Positions 22,355-35,964 of a DNA stretch of 64,000 nucleotides are shown piece by piece. The notes beneath the pieces are model-generated. The model was given only the letters and a program-made list of their open reading frames with translations. It was not told the origin of the DNA and searched no databases. The DNA is from Malacoraja senta (lineage: Eukaryota). The position numbers and the translations under genes were made by a program. Numbering within the stretch: position 1 is the first letter of the stretch; every line of letters begins with the position of its first letter. Location of the stretch: positions 3,350,001 through 3,414,000 of the forward strand of contig CM075995.1 in NCBI GenBank assembly GCA_038087875.1, written 5' to 3'.

Positions 22355-22570
22355 TGTCCATAAGTTCCAGGAGCAGAATTAAGCCATGCAGCCCATCAAG
22401 TCTACTCTGCCATTCAATCATGGCTGATCCATCTCTCCCTCTCAACCCCATTCTCCTGCCTTCTCCTCATAACCCCTGACCCCCCGTGCTAAACAAGAAT
22501 CTCCACCTTAAAATGATCCACTGAATTGGCCTCCACAGCCCTCTGTGGCAATGGATTCCACAGGTTCACC
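22355..22570 (-). mobile_element. CR1 3' end fragment
   Basis: Reverse complement of the shared CR1 3' UTR. Confidence 0.8.
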
Positions 22571-23054
22571 TCCTCATCCCCTTCATCCAAAAGTGTTTCC
22601 TTCACTTGAATGTAGAAGGGCAAACAGCGAGAAATCAAGGCGTTAAGGATTTGATAGAGGAAATTTGTTTGTAACTCAAAAGGACAATTAAATTAAATCG
22701 AGACAAGCACGACAGGAATGTGAATAAATCCCAAATGTCCTTTTCTGAAACAAAAATTAGAAATTTCAACTGAGGCCTTTATAAAACCTGTGTAAAGTTT
22801 TTAAAATTATAATGGAACACATTGGGAGTTAAGATAACAAGATGGAGTTAAGATGCATGATGGCCATAATCTAATTCAATGATGGCACAGACTACATAGG
22901 CTGACCTCTACCTATCTCCTGTCATTTTAATGGACACTCTGAGGTTTAAGGAGGCACTTACTGGTTTGATCGGGATGGCAGTAGAATGAAGAAAAGGAAA
23001 GAGCGGACTTTGAAGGTAGATCGGGCTTGAGTCTGTCTTTTGTCCTAGGGATCA

Positions 23055-23285
23055 AAGGTGGTGAATCTGTGGAATTATATGCCACAGAAGGCTGTGGAGG
23101 CCAAGTCAGTGGATATTTTTAAGGCACAGATAGATAGATTCTTGATTAGTACAGGTGTCAGAGGTTATGGGGAGAAGGCAGGGGAATGGGGTTAAGAGGA
23201 AGAGATAGAACGCCCATGATTGAATGATGGAGTACACTTGATGGGCCGAACAGCCTAATTCTTCTATTCTTATGACCTTATGACA
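23055..23285 (+). mobile_element. CR1 3' end fragment
   Basis: gtggtgaatctgtggaatt..gatagattcttgattag..(ttatgacc)n. Confidence 0.85.
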
Positions 23286-23331
23286 CTCCTTCTCTTATAA
23301 TAAAGGCAAACTGGGGAAGTTAGTGCACGCC

Positions 23332-23622
23332 AGGGTAGCCGGTGGTGCAGCGGTAGAGTTGCTGCCTTACAGCGCCAAAGACCCGGGATCGATCCTGTCT
23401 GTATGGTGTTTGCACGTTCTCCCATGACCGTGTCAGTTTTTTCCGGGAGCTACGTTTTCCTCCCATGATCCAAAAACAAACAGATCTGTAGGTCAATTGG
23501 CTTCGGTAAATATAAATTGTAAATTGTCCCTAGTGTGAAGGATAGTGCTAGTGTATGGGGATCGTTGGTCGACGTGGACTCGGTGGGCCGAAGGGCCAAT
23601 TCCTGTGCTGTATCTCTAAAGT
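23332..23622 (+). mobile_element. HE1/V-SINE
   Basis: Head, V-domain and tail present. Confidence 0.85.
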
Positions 23623-23834
23623 TTCATCTGAAACAAAACACTGCAATGCTTCCCAAATGACAATTAGATAAATGACCATACATGATGGTTGTGTTGAGAG
23701 AAGAATATTGATCATAACATCGAGACAACCTCTCTTCTCTCTGGGTGCCATGGAATCTTTTGCACACGTCCTGAGTAAAAAAATTAATGAGACCTCGATA
23801 ACATTTAAAAAGAAGACACAAACAATCTCCCAGA

Positions 23835-25460
23835 TGTACTAGTGGCCAGAGGACCTAGGGTGATGGAGGAACTGAAGGAAATTCACATTAGTGCTGGGTA
23901 GACTGATGGGACTGAAAGCTGATAAATCCCCAGGGCCTGATGGTCTGCATCCCAGGGTACTCAAGGAGGTGGCTCTAGAAATCGTGGACGCATTGGTGAT
24001 CATTTTCCAATGTTCTATAGATTCAGGATTAGTTCCTGTGGATTGGAGGGTAGCTAATGTTATCCCACTTTTTAAGAAAGGAGGAGGAATTATAGACCAG
24101 TTAGCCTGACATCGGTGGTGGGAAGATGCTGGATTCAATCATAAAAATGGAAATAGCAGCACATTTGGATAGCACTAACAGGATTGGTCCAAGTCGCATG
24201 GATTTACGAAGGGGAAATCATGCTTGACTAATCTTCTGGAATTTTTTGAGGATATTACTATGAAAATGGACAAGTGAGAGCAGTGGATGTAATGTACCTG
24301 GACTTTCAGAAAGCATTTGACAAGGTCCCACATAGGAGATAGTGGGCAAAATTAGAGCCCCTGGTATTAGGGGTAGGGTGCTGACGTGGATAGAAAATTG
24401 GTTGGCAGACAGGAAACAAAGAGTAGGGATTAACGGGTCCCTTTCAGAATGGCAGGCAGTGACCAGTGGGGTACGGCAAGGTTCGGTGCTGGGACCGAAG
24501 CTATTTACAATATACATTAATGTTCTAGATTAAGGGATTAAAAGTAACATTAGCAAATTTGCAGATGACGCAAAGCTGGGTGGCATTGTGAATTGTGAGG
24601 AGGATGCTATGAGGATGCAGGGTGACTTGGACAGGTTGGGTGAGAGTCGGCAGATGCATGGCAGATGCAGTTTAATGTGGATAAATGTGAGGTTATCCAC
24701 TTTGGTGGCAAAACAGGAAGGCAGATTATTATCTAAATGGTGTCAAATTGGGAAAACGGAAGTACAACGGGATTTGGGGGGTCCTTGTTCATCAGTCACT
24801 GAAGGTAAGCATGCAGGTACAGCAGGCAGTGAAGAAAGCGAATGGCATGTTGGCCTTCACACAGAGGAGTTGAGTATAGGAACAGAGAGGTCCTTTCTGC
24901 AGTTGTGCAGGGCCCTGGTGAGACCACACCTGGAGTATTGTGTGCAGTTTTGGTCTCCAAATTTCAGGAAGGACATTCTTGCTACTGAGGGAGAGCAGCG
25001 TAGGTTTATGAGGTTAATACCCAGGATGGATGGACTGTCATATGTTGAAAGAATGGAGTGACTGGGCTTCTATACTGGAATTTCGAAGGATGAGAAGGGA
25101 TCTTATTGAAACATATAAGATTATTAAGGGATTAGACATGCTAGAGGCAGGAAACATGTTCCCGATGTTGGGGAGTGCAGAACCAGGGCCACAGTTTAAG
25201 AATAAGGGGAAAGCCATATAGAACGAGCTGAGGAAAAATGTTTTCACCCAGAGAGTTGTGCATCTGTGGAATTATCTGCCTCAGAAGGCAGTGGAGGGCT
25301 GATTTTCTGGATGCTTTCAAGAGAGGGTTAGAGTTCTTAAAGATAGCGGTGTCAAGGGATATGGGGAGAAGGCAGGATTGTGGATGATCAGCCATGATCA
25401 CAGTGAATGGCGGTGCTGGCTCGAAGGGCCGACTCGCTTACTCCTGCACCTATTGTCTAA
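23835..25460 (+). pseudogene. CR1 LINE ORF2 (reverse transcriptase) 5'-truncated remnant
   Basis: [74 protein letters not shown]; frameshifted; ends in the CR1 3' UTR. Confidence 0.92.
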
Positions 25461-25603
25461 CTCCATTGCTACGACTTTTTAACTGTTTGGAACTTGAGCT
25501 GGAAATTGTGTTTGCACAGTGAGGGGGTGGGGCTAATGTACTTCTCATGGGGTTATATGACAGGTACCCTTTTCCAGGGAACCCGCGTTTCTCTACATTT
25601 GGT

Positions 25604-25662
25604 AATAATAATAATAATAGATTTTATTTATATAGCGCTTTTCAGGACTCAAAGTCGCTTAA
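25604..25662 (-). mobile_element. L2-type 3' tail
   Basis: (aat)n..ttttatttatatagcgcttttcaggactcaaagtcgctt. Confidence 0.55.
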
Positions 25663-25669
25663 GGTGTAC

Positions 25670-26245
25670 TTCAATAGACAATAGACAATAGGGTGCAGGA
25701 GAAGGCCATTCGTCCCTTCGAGCTAGACACCACCATTCAATGTCATGGCTGATCATCCCCAATCAGTACCCTGTTCCTGCCTCCTATCCACATCCCCTGA
25801 CTCCACTATCTTTAAAAGCCCTATCTAGCCTCTCTTTGAAAGTATCCAGAGAACCGGCAGAGAATTCCACAGAATCACAACTCCCTGTGTGAAAAAGAGA
25901 GTTGTACTTTCTGTACTTCAACGGGGAACGTGGTGGAGAAATCACCTCCCTTTTTTTAGAAACGAGAGGACGTAGGTTGAAGGTCAGGGGGGGGGGGAAG
26001 AGATTTAATCTGAGGGATGACATTTTCACGCAAAGGGTGGTGGGTGTATGGAACAAGCTGCCAGAGGAGGTAGTTGAGGCAGGGACTATCGCAACGTTTA
26101 ATAAACCGATACAGGTACATTGATAGGACAGGGGCATATGGGATAAACGCAGGCAGATTTGACTAGTGTAGATGGACATGTTGGTTGGTGTGGGCAAGTA
26201 GGGCCAAAGGGCCTGTTTCCACGCTGTATGACTTTATGACTATCT
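25670..26245. mobile_element. Two CR1 3' fragments in opposite orientation (25670-25895 minus, 25960-26245 plus)
   Basis: FTQRVVGVWNKLPEEVVEAGTI and 3' UTR tails. Confidence 0.8.
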
Positions 26246-26469
26246 CTATGTGGATTCATGTCTCAACTGCTACAACCTGTGGAAACCATCCCAATTCCTC
26301 CCTGTGGAAATGCACTCTTTTATATTTGTAGAAACACATCGCACTCCCCTCCCCATCCCCAATATCATCCTGTGGAAGCCCACACTCCTTCGACAGTCCC
26401 AAAGAATGGTTTTAAACACGGAATAAGCCTGCTCTTCCACTGAACAAACATCCTCAAAACCCCCTCAAA

Positions 26470-26760
26470 GGGCAGTACAGTTGAGTCGCTGCTTCACAGC
26501 GCCACAAATCCAGGTTCGATCCTGACCACGAATGCTGTCTGTGTGGAATTTGTACCTTCTCCCCGTGACCTGTGCGGGTTTTCTCCCCGAGCTCCGGTTT
26601 CCTCCCATGCTCTAAAAGCGTACAGTTTGTAGGCGATATTGCCTTGATAAAATGGAAAATTGTCCCTCGTATACGTAAGATAATGTGCGTGTGCAGGGAT
26701 CGCTGGTCGGCGTGTGTGCTGGGGGCCGAAGGGCCTGTTTCCGTGCTCGATGTCTAAACT
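26470..26760 (+). mobile_element. HE1/V-SINE
   Basis: ggttcgatcc, V-domain and tail. Confidence 0.8.
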
Positions 26761-26894
26761 AGATACAGTCCTCTTTCCCTAATTCCATTTTGACTCATGA
26801 GAATAAAGTTCCACCCATACTCTGTTATGCTGAAAGATCAGATTGTGTATATCACCCTGGGGCTTTACTTCCATACTACCTAAATGGTACCTAA

Positions 26895-27137
26895 AGGAGG
26901 AATATCTTTAGCCAGAGGGTGGTGAATCTGTGGAGTTCATTGCCACTGAAGGCTGTGGATGCCAAGTCAATGGATATTTTTAAGGCGGGGATTAACAGGT
27001 TCTTGATTAGTGCAGTTGTCAGGGTTATGGGGAGAAGGCAGGAGAATGGGGTTAAGAGGGAAAGATAGATCAGCTGTGATTGAATGGACTTGATGGGCCG
27101 AATGGCATAATTCTGCTCCTGTAACTTATGAACTTAT
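26895..27137 (+). mobile_element. CR1 3' fragment
   Basis: Shared 3' end. Confidence 0.8.
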
Positions 27138-27559
27138 CCAATTATTAACCATGATTTCTGACGGGGGAGGGGAAGGAAGTCCTTTTTTAAAATGACCTTG
27201 TTTGGGTCTTTTTAGTGTTCTAAGTTTAGTTATTGAGAAAGATGGGCTTGCTTTGAAATGAGATTAAGAGGCTTATAATCCAATTCAGACCCGCATAATC
27301 AGAAGGTGTATGCTATTTGGATGTTAAGCTATTGGAAATGAAATCTTGCTGTAAGTCAGAGTAGGTTTGGTCCCAAGGCCAATGTTCAATCACTGTTCCA
27401 TTGTCAGAAGCACTTTCTGGTTATTTATTCATTCATTATTTTTAATAGCGTAACCTTGGTAGCTGTGAAGCATTTTGTGATTTCAGAACACACAGAGAGC
27501 ACGACAGGTCCTTGCAATTTACTTTTCCTCATTGTGGAGTTTTCTCTTTTTGCAAGCTG

Positions 27560-28422
27560 TATGTTCATGTTCATAAATGATCGGAGCAGAATTAGGCCAT
27601 TTCGCCCATCAAGTCTGCTCTGCCATTCAATCATGGCTGATCTACTTTTCCCTCTCAAGCCCATTCTCCTGCTGTCTTCCCATAACCCCCGACACCCGTA
27701 ATAATCAAGAATCTGTCTGTCTCTGCCTTAAATAGATCCATTGACTTGGTCACCACAGCCTTCTGTGGCAATGTATTCCACTGATTCAACACCTTCTGAC
27801 CAAAGAAATTCCTCCTCATCTCAATAAACAATAGACAATAGACAATAGGTGCAGGAGTAGGCCATTCGGCCCTTCGAGCCAGCAACGCCATTCAATGTGA
27901 TCATGGGTCACCATCCACAATCAGTACCCCGTTCCAGCCTTCTCCCCACATTCCTTGAATCCACTATCTTTAAGAGCTCTATCTAACACTCTCTTGAAAG
28001 CATCCAGAGAACCGGCCTCCACCACCCTCTGAGGCAGAGAATTCCACAGACTCACAACTCTCTGTGTGAAAACGTGTTTCCTTATCACCGTTCTAAATGG
28101 CTTACCCCTTATTCTTAAACTGTGGCCCCTGGTTCTGGACTCCCCCAACATCGGGAACCTCCTTCCTAATGGAACGTCCTTTTATTCTGAGGCGATGACC
28201 TCTGGTCCTGGACTCTCCCACTAGTGGAAACATCCTCTCCACATACACTCTGTCTAGGCCTTTCACTATTCGGTAAGTTTCAATGAGGTCCCCCCTCATC
28301 CTTCTAAACTTCAGCAAGTAGAGGGCCCAGTGCCGTCAAACGCTCATCATATGTTATCCCACTCATTCCTGGGATCATTGTCGCAAACCTCCTCTGGACC
28401 CTCTCCAATGCCAGCACATCCT
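27560..28422 (-). mobile_element. Nested CR1 3' fragments
   Basis: RRMRGDLIETYRIVKG, ESRTRGHSLRIRGKPF; inner copy ~27825-28158 within an outer copy. Confidence 0.85.
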
Positions 28423-28775
28423 TGTACTTGTTGTATATAAGCTGGAGTAAAGCTCATTTTATTAAAACAGAAACACTATGGGATAATCAGATTGATCCTG
28501 GCTCACTAATTAAATCACATTTAGCTTATCTCATGTCTGTCAAGAAGCTTATGCCCTGCAGATATCAATGGACAGATACAGTATAGTAGTCAGTTGATAA
28601 AAAGCTGTTTCAATCTCGCACTTGTTCCACAAACTTCATTAATTCTGAAAGTTTGAAGTGTGGCACTCCTTACCTAACCTTGCTCTCTCCTTGCACCTCC
28701 AGGCATTTCTTAAGAAAAAATAACAATTTCTGGCCTGATAGCCGCTATGTTATTTTAATATTTTAACAACCCCCC

Positions 28776-29246
28776 TCACTCCTCTCTGAAACCCCACCAT
28801 CTCCCCGCGCGACATTGGCTTACCCTCCGCCCACTCCCCTGCCCCCCTCTGACCCCCAACCCCCACCTTTGTTGTGTCTTCACCATCCCGCCCCTGACCT
28901 CCCCCTTTCTGAAACAGAACGGTCTGACCTCAACAGAGACCTCACCTTCGTTCCCCAACGCCCCCACCTCAACGAGTTCCGGGTCCGCCACGACGTCGAG
29001 CCTTTCTTCCGTCGCCCCCACCCCCGCCCCGCCACCCAGTGATGACCCCTTCTCCCGTCTCCCCCGGTCCCCCTCCTCTTGGACACCCCCAGACGGCCTT
29101 CGCCTCTTTAGACCTCTTAATTTCTAACTGCCGACACGACATCAACCGTCTTAACTTTTCCACTCCCCTTACCTACTTTAACCTTGCCCCCTCTGATCCT
29201 ACAGCCCTCCGCTCACTCTGCTGCAACCCCGACATTATCATCAAAC
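28776..29246 (+). mobile_element. Penelope-like ORF N-terminal remnant
   Basis: LSETERSDLNRDLTFVP, LDLLISNCRHDINRL..NL...ALRSL..NPDIIIK, which resembles the region preceding the PADKG motif of Penelope RTs. Confidence 0.7.
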
Positions 29247-29545
29247 GTAAGGGGCCACAGTCTTAGAATAAAGGGAGGCCATTTAAGACTGAGGTGAGAA
29301 AAACACTTTTTCACCCAGAGAGTTGTGAATTTGTGGAATTCTCTGCCACAGATGGCAGTGGAGGCCTAATCACTGGATGGATTTAAGAGAGAGTTAGATA
29401 GAGCTCTAGGGGCTAGTAGAATCAAGGGATTATGGGGAGAAGACAGGCACGGGTTATTGATTGGGGACGATCAGTCATGATCACAATGAATGGCGGTGCT
29501 GGCCCGAAGGGCCGAATGGCCTCCTCCTGCACCTATTTTCTATGT
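29247..29545 (+). mobile_element. CR1 3' fragment
   Basis: ttttcacccagagagttgtgaatttgtggaattctctgcc and 3' UTR. Confidence 0.85.
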
Positions 29546-29549
29546 AAGA

Positions 29550-29665
29550 CTCTCCGTCTGAAGAAGGGTCTCGAACTGAAGCGTCACCTATTCCTTTTCT
29601 CCAGAGATGCTGCCTGACCCGCTGAATTACCCCAGCATTTTGTGTCTATCTGCAATTCCTACCTA
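29550..29665 (+). mobile_element. Penelope pLTR fragment with degenerate hammerhead core
   Basis: ctgaagaagggtctcgaactgaagcgtcacc... Confidence 0.75.
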
Positions 29666-30699
29666 TTTTAGCAGTCTTCTCGGCTCTTGCTGACTGATGT
29701 ATGGTACAACAAACTCTACACAAGTCTTTGCAGCTCTGCTGTGAACTGACTAAAGTAATGCCTCATAGAAACAATTTTAAATGATCAAAGCCATTCTCAG
29801 TACCAGTGGTATCCAGAGCAACACTGGAATTCTGCATGCTGTCATTCCCGGAGAATCCTACTGTCATGGTATTTATCACCAGTTTTTTGAAGAGTTTAAG
29901 CGGTGGCATCTTGACGTTGAAGTGCCTGAATGAAACCTGCTGTTTTTTTTAAATCCTTTGAAACCACATAACTACAAAGAACACAGTGGGCTCAGTGTAT
30001 GACACTGTTTGAGGGCCATTCATCGCAGAAAACGTTAGCTTGTGGTCTTTTTGGCACCGTCGCCGTGTTTGACAACAGGTTTAGTCAAAGAAATGCTCGC
30101 ACTGAAAGACAAATCCCCAATAAAACTTGAAATTGGCCCGTGTTATGAAAGGCAGAATTTGATACCTCATCCTGAAAGATTGACTTGAATCTTTCGCTCA
30201 GCTCAGCCTGGCTGTTCTACAGCTTGTCTTTGGAAATATCCCAGATGCAGGGGATTACTGTGAATTTTATTTTTGTTTAAAACCAAATAAACCCGAGCAT
30301 TCACAGGTGCACCAACAGTGACCTCTAACCCTTTTCCAAACACCAACGTCTTTTACAACTTGGAGGTAAAAAGATACTAACATTCAGGAAACTAGGAACT
30401 GCGTGTGAAGTTGTTGCAGCTGTCTCCGTCCCCAGTTGCTGTTTGTTTTAATTCTTTCTTAAGCATCGCCTTCCTGACGGCAAGAGAAAGTTCATTAAGT
30501 GTAACATGGCTGTGAGGACCGGAGATCAAAGCTGAGTCATGAATTAATAGCCCGGAACCAATTTAGAATTAGCAAGGCCTTTGCATTCTGATACATTGTA
30601 CATGCAGCTTTAAGGGTGGAGTCATAGAATCATACAGTGTGGAAAAAGGCCCTTCGGCCCAACTTCCCCATGACGGCCAACATGTCCCAGCTACACGAC

Positions 30700-31062
30700 A
30701 CCACACCATACCGTACGATAGAACTTTATTTATCCCAGGAGGGAAATTGATCTGCCAACAGTCATAAAACACAAGTTATATGAAATTAAAGTGACGAGTG
30801 GAAATGATTGGGGATGTGCGAAGATTGGGGAGGGGGGAATTTAAGCCACTGCTTAAACTGAGGAGAGTCAGTCTACCCCATGACAGGAGGGGGAGGAGTT
30901 GTACAGTCTGACAGCCACAGGGAAGAAGGATCTCCTGTGGCATTCTGTCCTGCATCTTGGTGGAACCAGTCTGTTGCTGAAGGTGCTCCTCAGGTTGATC
31001 AGTGTGTCATGGAGGGGGCGAGCTGTATTGTCCAGGATGCTCCGCAGTTTGAGGAGCCCCAT
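30700..31062 (-). mobile_element. Rex1/Babar-like LINE 3' fragment nested in a CR1 tail
   Basis: KLRSILDNTARPLHDTL..RLVPPRCRTECHRRSFFPVAVRLYNSS; the CR1 tail (30620-30697) resumes at ~31063. Confidence 0.75.
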
Positions 31063-31715
31063 CTTCCTGCGTTTGGCCCATATCCCTCCAAACCTGTCCT
31101 ATCCATGTAGCCGTCTAACTGTTTCTTAAACATTTTAAGTATAGTATGGCAATTTTAAGTTGCGATAGTGCCTGCAACATGTTTTAATGGGGATTCTGTA
31201 GTTGGAGGCCATTTTGGTCTTTTTTTTTTGCTGGCACTTTAATGAAATTGTCCACGGGGGAAGAACATGGAAATAGACCCTTTCGCCCACAGTGTCTGTG
31301 CCAGGCATGATGCCATGATAAACTAATCTCATCTGCCTGCTCATGCTTTGTGTGAGGGGGGGTGGGGGGGAGGGGAAGACAATGGGGACCCGGTGTGGCG
31401 GGGCACTCTAGTTTTAGAATCCTCTGCCCAGGGGATAAGCCTGGGCTTGTTTGTTTCTTCGTTCATTCCGGTTAAGCCCCGTGCCAATGGCAGCCAGCCA
31501 ACAGTTTTTCTTTCACTTTTTAATTTAATTTTAACTTCAAGTGTTTCTCTACCTCATTGTGTGTTGTGACTGTTGGCAGACCAATTTCCCTCCGGGGATG
31601 AATACATTTCTATCGTATCGTATCATATCGCATCATATCGTATCGTATGCTTCATATACATCTGTTCTCTTCATATCAATGTCCTGATCAAAAAGCCTCT
31701 CAAATTCCATTATCA

Positions 31716-32238
31716 GAGGTGGCACTGTGGCACAGCGGTAGAGTTAAAAGGGCCTGTCCCACTTTCACGACCTCTGCCGAGTTTGCCCTTGACTCATGCT
31801 CGCAGCATGGTCGTCACGAGGTCGTAGGTAGGTCATAGGTAGGTCGTGATGCTAGTCGTAGGTACTCGTGGCATCAAGCAGGTCGGGGCGTTTTTTCAAC
31901 ATGATGAAAAACGTCCACGAGTAAAAAAGGTTGTGAATTAGGTGGTGAAAGTGGGACAGGCCCTTTGCTGCCTTACAGTGCCAAAAACCGGAGTTTAATC
32001 CCGACTACAGGTGCTGTCTGTACAGAGTTTGCACATTTTTCCCCTGACCGTGTGGGTTTTCCCTGGAAGCTCCGGTTTGCTCCCACCCTCCAAAGACGTA
32101 GAGGTTTGTAGGTTGATTGGCTTCAGTAAAGATTGTAAATTGTCCGTAGTGTGCAGGATAGTGTTGGTGTGAAGGGATCGCAGGTCGATGCTAACTCCTT
32201 CGAAGGGCCTGTTTCCGCACTGTATCTCTAAACTAAAC
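31716..32238 (+). mobile_element. HE1/V-SINE with a Harbinger-like MITE in its head
   Basis: gcggtagagtt | gctgccttacag split by 31747-31964. Confidence 0.85.
31747..31964. mobile_element. PIF/Harbinger-like MITE
   Basis: TIR agggcctgtcccactttca / tgaaagtgggacaggccct; flanks TTA and TTG. Confidence 0.8.
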
Positions 32239-32280
32239 ATCCACCACCACCCCTAGCATTCCAGGCACCCACCACCCTGC

Positions 32281-32282
<2 letters not shown>

Positions 32283-32312
<30 letters not shown>
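32283..32312 (+). repeat. (GT)n microsatellite
   Basis: Direct reading. Confidence 0.95.
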
Positions 32313-32316
<4 letters not shown>

Positions 32317-32654
32317 GGAAACGTCCTACACATCTTCTTTGAACTTTGATCATCTCACATTAAAGCTATGCCCTCTGGTCTTTGATATTTTTACTTCGCT
32401 ATGCTACTCATAATTTTATATACTTCTATCAGGTCTCTCCACAACCACTGACATGTCAGAGAAAACAATCCAAGTTTGTCCAACCTCTCCTTATAGTTAT
32501 TGCCCTGTACTGGAGGACTTTCCTAAGCCTCCACATCCTTTCTGTATTGGGGCAACCAGAACTGCATGCAATACTCCAAGTGCAGCCAAATCAAAGTCCC
32601 TCAGAGCTGCATCATGGCTTCCTGAGACACCAGAGCAGGAAAACTAAATATTTG

Positions 32655-33240
32655 AAGATAGACACAAAATGCTGGAGTAACTCAGCGGGACAGGCAGCAT
32701 CTCTGGAGAGAAGGAATGGGTGACCATTTGGGTCGAGACCCTTCTTCAGACTGAAGTCTCGGCCCGAAATGTCACCCATTCCTTTTCTCCAGAGACGCTG
32801 CCTAACCCGCTGAGTTACTCCAGCATTTTGTGTCTATCTTCGATTTAAACCAGCATCTGCAGTTCTTTCCTACAAACTAAATATTTGGTTAGGATCACTT
32901 CAAATAACACTGGCTCATCTTTTAAATTGACATTGGGGCGTAAAAAGGAACTGCAGATGCTGGTTTGCAAGAAAATACACCAAGCGCTGGAGCAACAATG
33001 GATCAGACAGCGTCTGAAGAAGGGTCTCGACCCAAAACGTCACCCATTCCTTCTCTACAGATATGCTAATTGTCCAGCTAGTGCTGGGGTAACTCAGCTG
33101 GACATAATTATCAGAGATAAATGTGTCTATCTCAGGAGAACATTGGTAGGTGAGGTTTCAGGACAGGAGCCTTCTTCAGACGGATTCCATCTCCAGAGAT
33201 GCTGCCTAACCCGCTAAGTTACTCCAGCACTTCATGTCTT
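32655..33240. mobile_element. Cluster of inverted Penelope pLTR fragments
   Basis: 32655-32752 inverted against 32752-32873; further copies at 32945-33065 and 33130-33240. Confidence 0.8.
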
Positions 33241-33344
33241 GCTTTGAGTTGTGCTGGGTTAGATGAGTTTAGCGAGAGTGTGGAGCTCCCTCAGAGCAGC
33301 ATTGAGATCAATTCAGTGCTTTGTAATGATCAGAAGATTATAAT

Positions 33345-33752
33345 ACCATAAGATAGTAGCAGAATTAGGCCATTCTGCCCATCAAGTCTACTCCGCATTC
33401 AATCATGGCTGATCTATCTCTTCCTCCTAATCCCATTCTCCTGCCTTCTCCCCATAACCTCTGACACCCGTACTAATCAAGAACCTATCTATCTGTGCCT
33501 TAAATATATCCATTGATGGCCTTCTGTGACAAAGAATTCCACAGATTCATCACTCTGTGACTAAATAAATTCCTCCTCATCTCCTTGCTAAAAGAATGTC
33601 CTTTAATTCTGAGGCTATGACCTCTAGTCCTAGACTCTCCCACCAGTGGAAACATCCTCCCCACATCCACTCTATCCAAACCTTTCACTATTCTGCATAT
33701 TTCAATGAGGTCCCCCCTCATTCTTCTAAACTCCAGCAAGTACAGGCCCAGT
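33345..33752 (-). mobile_element. CR1 3' fragment
   Basis: LEFRRMRGDLIEICRIVKG..NLWNSL. Confidence 0.88.
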
Positions 33753-34298
33753 GCATACATACAAACATTCATCATAGGTTAACCTACTCCTTCCTGGGAA
33801 TGAAACGCATGGCCATTTACTCGGCATACTATGTAACATTTTCATCAATGCAGTATATACCGAGATTGGCCTTGAATCAATTGCATCACAGATGTCAGTT
33901 TACAGCAGCTGGCAATGAATGCAGCAACAGATCCAAATCTCACTCTGCAGATCCGAGTACATGAAACCAACATCTTTTCCTGTTTATAATCCTGACCTCC
34001 CACTTTCATGATCAAGTTGAACTTGATAATCGGTCTGCTTCCTCATCTCCAAACCATCTGTTGCTCTTTGTAATTTTAGGAGTGAGATGGGAGAAGATAT
34101 GCCAATGATGTTAGCAGGAACATACTTTAATATTGCTCAGACTTCTGAAGTGTTTTAAAGAGATTGAATTCCCTTTTGAAATGTCGACCGTTTTCCTATC
34201 CGAACTACATTCTGATTGCTATTTTTTACTACCACCTTGAATTTACAGACATGTTTAGTCCAACATGTCCCCCAATAAATGATACCTCCAGCCATGCA

Positions 34299-34600
34299 GG
34301 GCGGCAATGTGGCGCAGCAGTAGATTTGCGGCATTACAACGCTAGAGACCCGGGTTCGATCCCGACTATGGGTGCTGTCTGTACGGAGTTTGTACGCTCT
34401 CCCTGTGAACTGAGTGGGTTTTCTCCGAGATCCCACATTCCAAAGATGTACAGGTTTGTTGGTTAATTACTGTGGTATAATTGGTGTAAATTGTCCCTAG
34501 TGTGTGTGTAGGGTATTGATAGTGTCTGGGGATAGCTGGATTGCGCGGACCCGATGGGCAGAAGGGACATTTTCCATCTCTAAACTAAACTAAACTAAAA
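34299..34600 (+). mobile_element. HE1/V-SINE
   Basis: Head with ggttcgatccc and (ctaaa)n tail. Confidence 0.85.
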
Positions 34601-35618
34601 ACCTAATACTCAATTGAACTTCTACAGATGTACAGCATACTGACTGGTCGCAACACAACCAGATAACTCGGATATCCAGGAATGACGGAGACTACTGAAA
34701 GTGGTAGATGTTGCCCAGTCCCTCAGCCTCATGAAGGGAGCAAATATCATCTAAGACCCATACCACCCTGCCCTCGCTCTCACCTGCTACGACCATTGGG
34801 ATTGAAGGAACAGCAGCCTAAATGCTGTGACCTTCAGATTCAACAACAATTTCTTCACAGAAAGGAGAAAGGCACTCAAACGCTGCTCAAATCTATCTCA
34901 AAACACTACCACAATCCTACCTCAGCAACTATGACCTACCATGGGCATAGAAACAATGAACTGCAGACGCTGCTTAATACATAGAAGGACACAAAGTGCT
35001 GGAGTAACTCAGCAGGTCTGGCAGCTTCTCTGGAGAACATGGATATGTGACATTTCTGGTCGAGACTCTTCTTCGGACATCTACTACAGACTTTGTTTCC
35101 GTTTCACTACATACTTCAATTTATCACTATTATGATCTGGTTCACTGGCATTACGGTTTATCATTTCATTATCGCAATTATTTGTGCCGTATTGCATTAA
35201 CGGGACTGAAAAACTGCAGAAAGTATGAATTTAATTGTTCTGTTGACAGTACATATTGCAACTAAAAGCTCTTGACTCTCTTGACTCTTGACATATACGT
35301 TTGAATCATGTGCTGAAACACTGGAGTAGAGCCTGATGTGACTGAAGGAGAGAATGTTCTCATCTGAGCTCAGTACCATTTTTACACATTCTCAGATCAG
35401 AACTCTGTTTAGAAAGACACTTCCCATGACTGACCCAAGCTCCCCAGTCCTCGTGTCTTTCTCCATGGTAAAAACAGAGGGGAAAATGCTCATTGAGGAC
35501 CTTGCCCATCTCCCGTGGCTCCTCACAGAGTTGATCACTTTGATTTCTGAGGGGCCCCATTCTCTCTCTGGTTACCCTCAATGCACTTGGGGGAGCCATT
35601 CATGCTTAGGTTAGTTAC

Positions 35619-35964
35619 TGTTAGCATATTTTATTGTTTTGTCTAGATATTTCTTGCAGAATTATTTTGAACGCTTGGGGGTGAGCTTTTGATACGTAGA
35701 TGAGCGCTATAATATAGAGTAGCCACAGAGAGTGGACAGATCGGACTGGAGCCGGCACGGGAGAAGGAATACAGTTTTGACCAGATCAGATTGTAAGAAT
35801 GGAAAGCTACAATTTGTGTAAGAATAAGGAGGACCTGGTACGTTCACTTCTTTGTCTGTGCAAATGCTCCAATAAAGAATCCATGAAACAGGAAAGAACG
35901 ACTGTAGGATTCGTTTTTATTATCGACTGCGTAAGTTCTACTCCTCCCTGCCTGTGTAGTAACA
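35619..35964 (+). mobile_element. Probable solo LTR
   Basis: TGTTA...TAACA termini, internal TATAA and AATAAA (~35871); imperfect 5-bp flanks GTTAC/GCTAT. Confidence 0.55.
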
